A DNA stretch of 64,000 nt, from positions 34,185 to 98,184 of the forward strand of contig JAVBNQ010000004.1 of the NCBI GenBank assembly GCA_031551405.1, in the 5' to 3' direction. This DNA comes from a bacterium (lineage in GTDB: Bacteria; RUG730). Numbering within the stretch: the stretch's first letter is position 1; each line of letters starts with the position of its first letter. The notes below the pieces were generated by a model. The model had not been told where the DNA came from. It made no database searches and worked only from the letters and a program-made list of their open reading frames with translations. The position numbers and the translations under genes were made by a program. This document shows positions 22,146 through 32,032 of this stretch, in pieces.

Positions 22146-23204
22146 TTAAATCCCAACAACCTTCAACAATTCATCAATATTCGCATTTATTTTGAGAGGT
22201 TTATTAGAATTTTTTATAGCATTATCCGGATCTTTTAGCCCGTGACCAGTCAAAATACAGACTACATTTTGTTTTTTTGATTTATCAATTTTGTCAAATT
22301 TTAAAGCTTTTACTAGTCCGGCCAGAGATGCACTCGACGCCGGCTCACAAAAAATTCCTTCATATTTTGCAAGCATCTTGTAAGCCTCTAAAATTTCGTC
22401 GTCAGAAACTAAATCGATCAAGCCTTTTGACTCATCTCTTGCAGTTTCTGCGAATTTCCAGCTTGCAGGATTTCCAATCTTGATCGCAGTAGCAATCGTT
22501 TCAGGATTTTCGATTGGCTTTCCAAGTACAATAGGAGCAGCTCCTGCAGCCTGATAACCCATCATTCTTGGCAATTTCGTTGACAAACCGCAATTTTTAT
22601 ATTCGACGTAGCCTCGCCAATAAGCCGTGATATTTCCGGCATTTCCGACAGGCATAAATTGATAATCCGGCGCATCTTCGAGCGCTTCTACGATCTCAAA
22701 CGCTCCTGTTTTTTGCCCTTCGATCCTGTAAGGATTCAATGAATTTACAAGTGTAATCGGATATTTTTCAGAAATTTCCTTGACCATACTTAGCGCTGCG
22801 TCGAAATTGCCATTTATCGCAACGACGACCGCATTGTGCAGCAAAGCCTGAGACAATTTACCAAGCGCGATATTTCCATCAGGAATAAGCACGATACATT
22901 TCATATTTGCTCGAGCAGCGTACGCAGCGGCAGAAGCAGACGTATTTCCCGTCGATGCACAAATCACAATCTTCGAGCCTTCTTCTCGCGCCTTTGTGAT
23001 AGCCATCGTCATTCCTCGATCTTTGAACGAGCCCGTCGGATTTAATCCTTCGTATTTTAGGTAAATATTAAATTTCACATCTAAATTTTTTTCCAAATTA
23101 TAAGCCCTGATTAGCGGCGTATTTCCCTCGCTGAGAGATACAATTTCCGTATTTTCGCTTACTGGCAAAAATTTTCTATATTTATCAATCAAACCCTGGT
23201 ACAT
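22146..23204 (-). CDS. thrC: Threonine synthase
   Basis: …GSFKDRGMT… PLP-lysine motif, 352 aa. Confidence 0.85.
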   Translation of the reverse strand: MYQGLIDKYRKFLPVSENTEIVSLSEGNTPLIRAYNLEKNLDVKFNIYLKYEGLNPTGSFKDRGMTMAITKAREEGSKIVICASTGNTSASAAAYAARANMKCIVLIPDGNIALGKLSQALLHNAVVVAINGNFDAALSMVKEISEKYPITLVNSLNPYRIEGQKTGAFEIVEALEDAPDYQFMPVGNAGNITAYWRGYVEYKNCGLSTKLPRMMGYQAAGAAPIVLGKPIENPETIATAIKIGNPASWKFAETARDESKGLIDLVSDDEILEAYKMLAKYEGIFCEPASSASLAGLVKALKFDKIDKSKKQNVVCILTGHGLKDPDNAIKNSNKPLKINANIDELLKVVGI

Positions 23205-24506
23205 TTACAAATTCTCCTCGATTCTAATGAAACTGATTTTCCCACTTACAATTTTCAACTTATCTATTTCTTCAATTGCTTTGCGAACATTTCTTTCCAT
23301 CGAAGTATGAGTTGTAATCACGACTGGAATGCTATTGTTCTTCATTTCTCGTTGAAAACAAGTCGCAATGGAGACGTCATTTTTTCCCAAAATCGTCGCG
23401 ATCTGCCCTAGAATTCCGGGTTTATCCAATGCCTCAAATTTTATGTAATACTTAGTTTTTATATCGAGAACATCCAAAATCTCAACTTTTTTTTGCTTTG
23501 AATAAGCAACAAACTGATTTTTTCCAGCCGTGCCACTTATGATGTGTTTCGCAACATACAAAATATCGCTCACTACGCCACTAGCAGCAGGAAGTTCTCC
23601 GGCTCCTTTTCCGTAAAACATCACCTCTCCCGCGGCGTCTCCGACGATATAAACCGCATTATACTCATTTTGTACTGACGCCAAAAGATGATTTTTTGGG
23701 AGGAAAACAGGAGTTACTCGCAGTTCCAATCCCTCGTTAGTTTTTTTGGAAATCGCAAGAAGCTTTAGGATCAAGTTCAACTCCTTACTCGCAAAATCTA
23801 TATCTTCAAACTCAATTCCATCGATTCCCTCAGTATAAACGCTGTCAATGTGAATCTCAGCTGCATAAGCCAACGACGCGAGGATAGCAAGCTTGTGAGC
23901 TGCGTCAATTCCCTTGATATCAAACGTCGGATCGGACTCAGCAAACCCTTTCTCCTGCGCCATCTTGAGCGCCGTATCAAAACTGCATTTATCTTTGAGC
24001 ATTTTTGTCAAAATATAATTCGTCGTTCCATTCAAAATTCCACAAATCAAATTAATTTTGTTCCCGGCTAACCCCTCATTCAATCCTTGAATCACAGGAA
24101 TACCGGCGCAAACGCTAGCTTCGAAATACACCAACACACTGTTTTGTTTGCTGGTCTCATTGATCTCGTCCCAATATTTTGCGAGAACGGCCTTATTTGC
24201 CGTCACAACGTGTTTTTTATTTTCCAAGGCCTTCAAAATAAGATCTCGAGCAGGTTCGTATCCACCAATAAGTTCAACGACTATCTCGATTTCCGGATCG
24301 TCTAAAACATCACTTGGATTCGTCGATAAAATTGAATGATCAAAATCAAAATTCCAGTCTTTATTAATTGTTCGGTTAACAATTTTTTTTATTACGACTT
24401 CGCCACCAGTTTTTCCGAGAATGTTCCCCTTGATATTTTCAAGTATCCTCAGCACACCAATACCGACAGTTCCAAGGCCAATAATACCTATGTTCACTTT
24501 CCTCAT
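23205..24506 (-). CDS. hom: Homoserine dehydrogenase
   Basis: N-terminal NAD motif IGIIGLGTVG, C-terminal ACT-like region; precedes thrC. Confidence 0.85.
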   Translation of the reverse strand: MRKVNIGIIGLGTVGIGVLRILENIKGNILGKTGGEVVIKKIVNRTINKDWNFDFDHSILSTNPSDVLDDPEIEIVVELIGGYEPARDLILKALENKKHVVTANKAVLAKYWDEINETSKQNSVLVYFEASVCAGIPVIQGLNEGLAGNKINLICGILNGTTNYILTKMLKDKCSFDTALKMAQEKGFAESDPTFDIKGIDAAHKLAILASLAYAAEIHIDSVYTEGIDGIEFEDIDFASKELNLILKLLAISKKTNEGLELRVTPVFLPKNHLLASVQNEYNAVYIVGDAAGEVMFYGKGAGELPAASGVVSDILYVAKHIISGTAGKNQFVAYSKQKKVEILDVLDIKTKYYIKFEALDKPGILGQIATILGKNDVSIATCFQREMKNNSIPVVITTHTSMERNVRKAIEEIDKLKIVSGKISFIRIEENL

Positions 24507-24565
24507 AAATTTCCTCTAAATAAAACACTTTTTTTAGTACCTTAATAATTTTATAAAAAACGCTG

Positions 24566-24638
24566 AAAAGTTATACAGTTTTTATACAAAATACTTTAAA
24601 GACGATATACATAAAAGTTATACAGTTTTTATACAAAA
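24566..24638. promoter_or_regulatory. Two perfect 26-bp direct repeats (aaaagTTATACAgttTTTATACAaaa) 47 bp apart, upstream of hom operon
   Basis: Repeat copies at 24566..24591 and 24613..24638 read directly; each contains tandem TTATACA half-sites; located 60-130 bp upstream of hom start codon. Confidence 0.5.
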
Positions 24639-24741
24639 AAATAATTTCAAAAAAAACTTGATTTTTCAAAAAAACTTAAAAATCTCATCGAGTTTTTTAA
24701 AAATCAAAAAATATAATTTTTTTTGCAAGAAAATTTTAAAA

Positions 24742-27700
24742 TTATTTTAATAAAACAAAAATTTGTTTCACTTTCCCGGCTCTAATTTCTTTTGCGATTT
24801 CCCCTTGAATTTTTTCAGAATTTAAGACTATTTCTCGCCCATCCCAATAAGTCAACTTGTAGCTTACGATTTTCGCACTACCGTCTCCAAAAGTATTTTT
24901 TCTATCTGGATTATTGTAAATTATTAACGTTTTTCCGAGGAACTTGAATGCGAACGAATTCTTTGGAATTGAAACATTATCTTTGCATTTTATGCATTCC
25001 TGGCAATAAACTTCTATTTCAGAATCTTCTTTTGTGAAAAATTCGCCTGGAATTTGCGGGTTCAAAACAAAAACTAGTTCTTTACTGTCAAAGCAAAAAG
25101 GATTTAGACCGGACGTCATCGCAATCCAAATCGAAATAAATTCCGCTGTCGAACCAGAAAGTCTCGAGACAAAACCTTGACCATGAATCTCAGGCTCCGG
25201 ATGCGCCGAGCTCACCAAAAACGAAGAATTTTCAAAAATACTGCGGCCGTATTGGTTCGGGTCCATAAATGGAACGAGACTCGTTTTTGCAAAATCGAAA
25301 AATTCCTTCGCCATACCGTTTCGCAAAAGCTCGAGCATATATTTATATTCCATGTGCAGCCAAATTGACTCATTTTCAAGCCAACCTGGAGTAAAAATAG
25401 TGATCCTTCCGGTATTCAAATCCAAATTTTTGAGTGATTCGTTATTTTTGAGCATATCCAATTTCTCGTCATAAAGACCGCTTTTCAAAATATTTTTATG
25501 CAAATCAAGAGCAGCATTTTGAGTCGGCATTGTCCTCAAATAATGAACAGGCCCTTCTAAAAATAACGGCAAATTTTTTCTTCTAAATTCTTTGACTTTT
25601 ATACATTGATTTCCTTTTTTATCTTTTTTTCCGTCGATAACATCGTACTTCGTAACAGCATACTCAAAATACGTTACAACCACTTTTGACTTCTCATCAA
25701 AAGCTTTTGCAACGCCTTTTTTTACTTTCTCGAGCATGAAATTCAACATTTTTTTTAATTCAGCAATAGATATTTCAGTCTCACTGCCAGATAATCCAAA
25801 TCGCGTTTTTTCTCGATAGATTTCCTTTGCATTATGCGTTTTATCCCAGAACTCAAAATCACTCGAATTTTGCTTGGTAATTCCGTCAAGTTCCGTTAAT
25901 AATTCGAAAACTTCAGATGTAATTTTCGTTGTCTGCCAATCGTCTAATGAAATAAGCGTCAAATATTTTTGCAAGAGCTCGAGAAGTCTGAGCAGTTCGT
26001 ATGACTCTGCCGTTGAGCTACCAAATATTCCAGGCAAACCGTTTAGCGCGTCGCACCAATTCGGTCTGTCCGTCTCCATCTCAAGTCCAATTCCTTCAGG
26101 ATCAAGCGATGAGTATTTGTTTGCGACGAGAGACAAAAGCTTGTTAATTAGATTCGTTCTATAAATCTCGCTTTTACCAAAATTTGTCCTCACGACATTT
26201 GGATTGCTTGTTCGTGACTTTATAAGATTCTCTTTTTCCTCATCTTTGAAAACACCGTTTAGCTGTCGAGCTTCTCCTTGAAAAACCACATATTTTTCGG
26301 AACGTGGATTTACTCTGTGAAAATCGTCAAAAAAAGTATAGTTTTTATTATTAAAAAGCAAATCATCAATTTTATCCGGGAAAATGGCTAAATACGCCTC
26401 AATCAAATCAAAATTGTAATGCCAGTGATCTGACCAGTATCCTTCGGCGTGATTGGCCTCTTGGATCTTCTCTGAATTTTTTATCAAATTTTCGAGCAGA
26501 TTTTTTTTCTCAAGTTTTATTTTATTGTCCTCGACAAAATTGAAAAGACTTCCAATTGTCGTAGGTTTTTCAATATATTTTTTGAGTTTATCAGAATCTT
26601 GAGGTGATAACGTCTGAAAATCTTTCAAAAACGTTTCTTTATTTTTTATCGAAAATTTTACTCCCAAAACCTTCAAAGGATTAAATCCGTCCGTCTGAAT
26701 CAAATTCATAAACGTGACGATTGTTTCGTCTGAAATATCTTGGTTGAAAAAAATGTCGCTTCGCCTATTCTGGTTCACGTCTCGATAATTGCCATTTCCT
26801 TGCGAAAAATATTCCGGCAAAATCATAAAATTATTGTATTCGCGCTCCATATCGCCATGAATTCTCGAATAAATGTAATATGACAATTTATGATCGTCTT
26901 CGCCAAGAGTGATTGGATATCCTCCTCTCAAAAAGTTGTCTATAAAATTTTGACTGCAGTAATTATCAAAATTTTGTAACGACGATTTCGTCAACACGTC
27001 GTTAGAAAGCTTGTTTATCAAAATTTTATTTTCATTTTCTTTTGCATCAAAATAACCGCCTCCCATTAAAATATCGACGAAGGAATCAATATCTCCTGCA
27101 TGGCTTGCGTGACCGACTGTCGAATTGTAAACGAAGTTTTCGCCGGCTTTTAAACTAAAAGAAAAATGTCCCATTCCTGATGGAGTCTTGTTTTTGCCGG
27201 TCAAGTTCGGGTTTTTCTTGAATTGCGACGCATTAATAAAAACTTCAGGATAGAAAAAATTTCGAACCTCACCAAAAATATTGTCTGGATCTATAATAAA
27301 TTCCGGGAATTCATTTTTGCCATTTTTCGCATAGAAACCCACATAAAAATTTCCGCCTATAATCGGAATAATTTCTGGTCTATCGAGCGGTTCAACTGGC
27401 AATTTATATATCGGAACTTTTTTCTCAGCCGAATAAAAAACGCCATTATACCAACCTTCGGCGAGTCTAGAGATATTTTTAAGCATGTAATCGCCGGTAC
27501 CATAAGGCAAAATTATAGGCATACCGTCTAAACATTCGATTGTTAAATCTTTGTTTGAAATATTTTTTATCGTCAATTTTTTCATTAAAGCTGGAAAAAC
27601 TTCATTCGGAAGCGTGAAAAATTCTGCTGTAGTCTCAATCCCGAGAGACTCGTTTACATCCACGACCTTCACGAGATACGATGTGATATGCATTCTCTGC

Positions 27701-28017
27701 GAAATTTTTTTTTCTTTGTTATTTGGCGAATTTTGAAACGGCTCGTAAAATTGCCCATTCACCTTATAAAAAGTCCTAAAACCCTGTGTTGACGTCTGGC
27801 GATAAGCCTTGTTTGCAGCGTTAAATTCAATAATTGCGCCATCTTTATCTTTTGTTCCGAGGCAAGAAATCGACTGCCCTCGATTGACATAATAAACCCA
27901 AAGCGGCTTTCCCCACTCACCGGCTATTGCAGGGAAAAAACTCGAAAAAGCCTTCGCATTATTATAGTCCTCAATAATAAATTCTTGTCCTTTAATTTGG
28001 TATTTCACGTCCTTCAT
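24742..28017 (-). CDS. Large cytoplasmic GH94-related glycoside phosphorylase-like protein (possibly beta-glucan phosphorylase, GH94/GH149/GH161 clan)
   Basis: 1091 aa, no signal peptide; …RPNWCDALNG… resembles the GDWND(A/S)LN catalytic-acid motif of GH94 phosphorylases; size fits long-form members. Confidence 0.4.
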   Translation of the reverse strand: MKDVKYQIKGQEFIIEDYNNAKAFSSFFPAIAGEWGKPLWVYYVNRGQSISCLGTKDKDGAIIEFNAANKAYRQTSTQGFRTFYKVNGQFYEPFQNSPNNKEKKISQRMHITSYLVKVVDVNESLGIETTAEFFTLPNEVFPALMKKLTIKNISNKDLTIECLDGMPIILPYGTGDYMLKNISRLAEGWYNGVFYSAEKKVPIYKLPVEPLDRPEIIPIIGGNFYVGFYAKNGKNEFPEFIIDPDNIFGEVRNFFYPEVFINASQFKKNPNLTGKNKTPSGMGHFSFSLKAGENFVYNSTVGHASHAGDIDSFVDILMGGGYFDAKENENKILINKLSNDVLTKSSLQNFDNYCSQNFIDNFLRGGYPITLGEDDHKLSYYIYSRIHGDMEREYNNFMILPEYFSQGNGNYRDVNQNRRSDIFFNQDISDETIVTFMNLIQTDGFNPLKVLGVKFSIKNKETFLKDFQTLSPQDSDKLKKYIEKPTTIGSLFNFVEDNKIKLEKKNLLENLIKNSEKIQEANHAEGYWSDHWHYNFDLIEAYLAIFPDKIDDLLFNNKNYTFFDDFHRVNPRSEKYVVFQGEARQLNGVFKDEEKENLIKSRTSNPNVVRTNFGKSEIYRTNLINKLLSLVANKYSSLDPEGIGLEMETDRPNWCDALNGLPGIFGSSTAESYELLRLLELLQKYLTLISLDDWQTTKITSEVFELLTELDGITKQNSSDFEFWDKTHNAKEIYREKTRFGLSGSETEISIAELKKMLNFMLEKVKKGVAKAFDEKSKVVVTYFEYAVTKYDVIDGKKDKKGNQCIKVKEFRRKNLPLFLEGPVHYLRTMPTQNAALDLHKNILKSGLYDEKLDMLKNNESLKNLDLNTGRITIFTPGWLENESIWLHMEYKYMLELLRNGMAKEFFDFAKTSLVPFMDPNQYGRSIFENSSFLVSSAHPEPEIHGQGFVSRLSGSTAEFISIWIAMTSGLNPFCFDSKELVFVLNPQIPGEFFTKEDSEIEVYCQECIKCKDNVSIPKNSFAFKFLGKTLIIYNNPDRKNTFGDGSAKIVSYKLTYWDGREIVLNSEKIQGEIAKEIRAGKVKQIFVLLK

Positions 28018-28051
28018 TTTTATCTCCTGAAAATTTTTTATAATAAAAATT

Positions 28052-29020
28052 TTAATTTTTAGGTCGAGTCATCCAGCGTTTATGCAGCCAAAAATATTGT
28101 TCCGGATATTTTAGGATATAATCTTCAAGTTTTTTCGATAAAGTTTCCGTCAGATTCTTGACATTCTCGTCATTTACATCTAGTGAAGAAGAATCGATGG
28201 TCTCCAAAAAAATCGAATGTTTATATTTATCGTCTCGAATGTCGATAGCAAAAATAATCGGCGCATTCATCTTCAAAGCGAATATTGCAGGCCCAACGGC
28301 AGCTGACGCTTTTTCTCCAAAAAAATCGATAAAAACCCCATCAGTTCCAGCGTCTTGATCCGCCAAAAATTCTACCACGTCCCCATCCTTTAAAGCTTTA
28401 AAAATATTTTTTGGAGTTTTTTGCAGCACTGTAATCTTCATGCCAGTTTCTAGCATCGCATTAATTTCTTCGTCAAAAACGTACGGATTTCTTTGCCTTT
28501 TTACGATATTGTTGACCGGGAAACCTAAAGCCACCAGTTTTGCTCCCATCACATGCCAATTCCCTAGATGAGCCGTATACAAAACCACGCCATTTCCTCG
28601 AATAAAGGCTTCTTGCAGTTTTTCAATTCCATAAATTTTTATATTCTCATCAAATCTAGGTTTTAGTTTCTGATTCATGATGATTGACTCGAGGATGAAA
28701 TACAAAAAATTTATGTACATCTTGCGGATAATTTCAAAAATTTCTTTATCTGTTTTCGCCGGAAAAGCTCGTTTTAAATTGTAATACGCGGTTTTTTTTC
28801 TAATTGGGACAAAATAATAAATAAAATTACCGAGTAATTTTGATATTTTATAGCATAAATTTATTGGCAAACTTCTAAAAAAACATATTAAAAAAAACAA
28901 GAAAAAATATTCTAATTTGTGTTTAAAATTTTTCAATTTCATAAAATTCCAATTGCTAAAAAACAGCTTTTTATTGCCAGTTTTTTTCAAATATTGTATC
29001 TTCTGCAAATAGGTTTTCAT
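28052..29020 (-). CDS. Lipid A biosynthesis (Kdo)-lipid IVA acyltransferase, LpxL/HtrB family
   Basis: 322 aa; N-terminal TM anchor, H-x-G-N-W-E-type motif 'HLGNWH', LPLAT fold. Confidence 0.65.
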   Translation of the reverse strand: MKTYLQKIQYLKKTGNKKLFFSNWNFMKLKNFKHKLEYFFLFFLICFFRSLPINLCYKISKLLGNFIYYFVPIRKKTAYYNLKRAFPAKTDKEIFEIIRKMYINFLYFILESIIMNQKLKPRFDENIKIYGIEKLQEAFIRGNGVVLYTAHLGNWHVMGAKLVALGFPVNNIVKRQRNPYVFDEEINAMLETGMKITVLQKTPKNIFKALKDGDVVEFLADQDAGTDGVFIDFFGEKASAAVGPAIFALKMNAPIIFAIDIRDDKYKHSIFLETIDSSSLDVNDENVKNLTETLSKKLEDYILKYPEQYFWLHKRWMTRPKN

Positions 29021-29063
29021 TATAATAAAATTTAAATTTTTTACAAAACAAATTTATGACAAA

Positions 29064-30323
29064 ATGATAAAAAACAAAAATTACGACGTAATAATAATCG
29101 GAGGCGGCGCGGCCGGAATGATGGCAAGCTTGATAGCCTCGCAAAAAGGCGCAAAAACGCTTTTAATTGAAAAAAATAATGTGCTCGGTAAAAAATTACG
29201 CATCACGGGCAAAGGCCGCTGTAATATAACAAACAATATTTCTGACATCGAAGATTTCATAAAAAAATTAAACAAAAACGGCAAATTTTTATATTCCGCT
29301 TTATCTCAATTCGATATTCAAAAAACACTGGATTTTTTCAACAACAAACTAGATATAAAAACTAAAGTTGAACGAGGGGAAAGAGTTTTTCCGGTTTCTG
29401 ATTCTGCCATCGAGATAGTCGGTAAATTCACAAAAGCTCTGCAAAAAAATAACGTTGAAATCCTATTAAACACAAAAATTCAAGGATTAAATTCGAGTGG
29501 CAAAAAAATCGATTCAGTAAAAGTTGGCGACGAAATATTTTACGCAAAAAACTTTATCCTTGCAACCGGTGGACTCTCATATCCGGCGACAGGCTCGACC
29601 GGAGATGGCTTTGATTGGCTAAAAAAACTCGGACATTCTATCTCAAAGCTTCGTCCCGGGCTGGTTCCAATAAAATGCAAAGAAGATTATATAAAAAATC
29701 TCGAAGGACTCAGTCTCAAAAATGTAAACATAAAAATCCTCGATTCCCTTGATAAAAAAATCGAAGAACGTTTCGGCGAAGCTATTTTCACTGCTAATGG
29801 AATGAGCGGACCTATAATCCTCGATTTATCGTCAAAAATTACAGGCTTGGCTAATGAGCCTCTAAAATTATCGATTGATTTCAAACCCGCTCTCTCTATC
29901 GACGAACTAGATAAAAGGATTCAACGCGATTTTCTTTCATATCAAAACAAAATGTTCAAAAATGCATTTGACGATCTGTTGCCGCACAAACTGATCCCAA
30001 CAATAATAAATTTATCACGAATTCCTGAGTTAAAAACCTGCAACAACATCACAAAAAACGAGAGACAAAATCTCGTAAGGTTGTTAAAAAACTTTGAACT
30101 TTCAATTGTCGGCCTTGAATCTTTCGAGAGAGCAATCATTACTGTCGGTGGAATAAGTTTGAAAGAAATTGACTCAAAAACTATGGCTTCAAAAATTATC
30201 GATAATCTTTTTTTCGCAGGAGAAATTCTAGATCTTGATGCTCCGACTGGAGGTTTTAATTTACAGATTTGTTGGACAACTGGCTTTGTCTCTGGAAATT
30301 CCATTAAAAATTGCTTTACTTAA
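29064..30323 (+). CDS. HI0933/BaiN-like NAD(FAD)-utilising flavoprotein
   Basis: YDVIIIGGGAAGMMAS…RITGKGRCNITN N-terminal FAD motif characteristic of the HI0933 family. Confidence 0.7.
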   Translation: MIKNKNYDVIIIGGGAAGMMASLIASQKGAKTLLIEKNNVLGKKLRITGKGRCNITNNISDIEDFIKKLNKNGKFLYSALSQFDIQKTLDFFNNKLDIKTKVERGERVFPVSDSAIEIVGKFTKALQKNNVEILLNTKIQGLNSSGKKIDSVKVGDEIFYAKNFILATGGLSYPATGSTGDGFDWLKKLGHSISKLRPGLVPIKCKEDYIKNLEGLSLKNVNIKILDSLDKKIEERFGEAIFTANGMSGPIILDLSSKITGLANEPLKLSIDFKPALSIDELDKRIQRDFLSYQNKMFKNAFDDLLPHKLIPTIINLSRIPELKTCNNITKNERQNLVRLLKNFELSIVGLESFERAIITVGGISLKEIDSKTMASKIIDNLFFAGEILDLDAPTGGFNLQICWTTGFVSGNSIKNCFT

Positions 30324-30395
30324 AATAAAATTTTATATATAAACTTAAAATTATATCTCGTCCGATTTAATTATAAAAAATCAAGAGGAGGTTTT

Positions 30396-31256
30396 ATGAA
30401 AAAAATAAATGCAATAATGTTATTTTTTACTTTCTTTTCCACGTTTTTACACGCAACTCCTATTATAAAAGAAGAATTTTTTGAAGATGGAATGATAGAA
30501 TATTGCTATGAAAATGGAAAATTGAATGGAATAACGCGAGAATACGATGATGATGGCATACTCGAAAACGAATGGATGTACAACAACGGAGTTTTAAATG
30601 GAACTAGTAGCAGATATGATTCTGACGGAAATGTCGAGATGCGCAGCAATTACAAAAATAACAAACTAAATGGTGAAACAATTTTTTATTATGACAGCGG
30701 AGCTGTCGCATCAAAAAGCAATTATGTTAACGATGAATTGGCCGGGCTTTACGAGGCGTTTTATGAAAATGGAAAGACTTCCTTAACTACGACATATTCC
30801 AACGATAACGTAGAACGCGGCTACAAAGAATTTTATCAAGATGGTGCAATAAAGATGACGGGAAAACTTATCAACGGGAAAAAAGAAGGCGTTTTTTCAG
30901 GTTTTTATCAAGATGGTAAAAAGCAGTCTATAGCAACTTATAAAAAAGATAAGATCGAGGGCCTTTATCAGGAATTTCACAAAAATGGAAAAATAAAACG
31001 AGATGTTAACTATAAAGATGGAATGCTTGAAGGTATAGAAAAAATGTACTTTGAAAGTGGAAATATAAACTCCGAGACAGAATTTAAAAAAAATAAATAC
31101 GATGGTTCCTCAAAAATTTACAGCGATAAAAATCAAAAAAATCCTATCTGCATTAACACATACAGTAACGGTATTATAATGGAATCAAAAACATACTTAG
31201 AAGATGGTACGCTCATTGCATCAAAAAAATTCAATACGGAAGATGAAGATTTCTAA
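30396..31256 (+). CDS. Secreted MORN-variant (YwqK-like) repeat protein
   Basis: Signal peptide then ~10 repeats of Y..G.L.G…Y..NG type. Confidence 0.5.
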   Translation: MKKINAIMLFFTFFSTFLHATPIIKEEFFEDGMIEYCYENGKLNGITREYDDDGILENEWMYNNGVLNGTSSRYDSDGNVEMRSNYKNNKLNGETIFYYDSGAVASKSNYVNDELAGLYEAFYENGKTSLTTTYSNDNVERGYKEFYQDGAIKMTGKLINGKKEGVFSGFYQDGKKQSIATYKKDKIEGLYQEFHKNGKIKRDVNYKDGMLEGIEKMYFESGNINSETEFKKNKYDGSSKIYSDKNQKNPICINTYSNGIIMESKTYLEDGTLIASKKFNTEDEDF

Positions 31257-31328
31257 TATAATTTTACTAAACCAAAATTTGTTTTCATAAACCTAAATTT
31301 TTCAAAAAATATAAAAAAGGAATTTAGT

Positions 31329-32030
31329 ATGGACACAATAAAAATTCTACTAGTCGATGACGAACCAGATATTCTAACTCTTCTAAAAGAAGCATTAATT
31401 CAAGAAAATTTTATGGTTTTTACGTCACGAGATGGAGAAAATGCAATCAAAATGCTCGCTGAACAAGATTTTGATTTGATAATTCTCGATATAGAACTTG
31501 GTGCATACACAGGCTGGGATATTTGTAAAATCGCAAAAGAATCTGAAAAAAATTTTGATACGCCGATAATAATGATCACTGCAAAATATATAAACACCGA
31601 CGATATCGTGAAAGGACTTGACATAGGCGCAGACGACTACGTTACAAAACCGTTTAAACTAAATGTTTTGATAGCCAGAATCAACGCTGTTCTCCGTAGG
31701 AAAAATCCAACTCCTCAGTCAAATAAAATGAAGCCTGTCATAGAGCTAAAGCATCTAAAAATTTTGAGTGAACAACACCAATTTTTTATAGACGGATCCG
31801 AACAAATCTTCACACCAAAAGAATTTAGTATTATTACTTTTTTATGCTTAAACCCAAATATTGTACTCGAAAGAAGTTACATCATGGAAAAAATTTGGGG
31901 GCAAGATTATATCGGAAGTCCACGCGCGATCGACAAACACATTGAAAACATCAGAAAAAAACTTGGGAAATACAGTGCATACATTGAAACTATCGAAGGA
32001 ATTGGCTATAAATTTATTGAAAAAGATTAA
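31329..32030 (+). CDS. OmpR/PhoB-family response regulator (receiver + winged-helix)
   Basis: …ILLVDDEPDIL…DLIILDIELG… receiver; C-terminal trans_reg_C (…IWGQDY…RAIDKHIENIRKKL…); no histidine kinase adjacent. Confidence 0.75.
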   Translation: MDTIKILLVDDEPDILTLLKEALIQENFMVFTSRDGENAIKMLAEQDFDLIILDIELGAYTGWDICKIAKESEKNFDTPIIMITAKYINTDDIVKGLDIGADDYVTKPFKLNVLIARINAVLRRKNPTPQSNKMKPVIELKHLKILSEQHQFFIDGSEQIFTPKEFSIITFLCLNPNIVLERSYIMEKIWGQDYIGSPRAIDKHIENIRKKLGKYSAYIETIEGIGYKFIEKD

Positions 32031-32032
32031 AA

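Noticed and set aside
24566-24638. Possible CRISPR array, based on identical 26-bp repeats with a spacer
   Set aside because: Only two repeat units are present and there are no cas genes nearby. The position immediately upstream of an operon fits an operator better.
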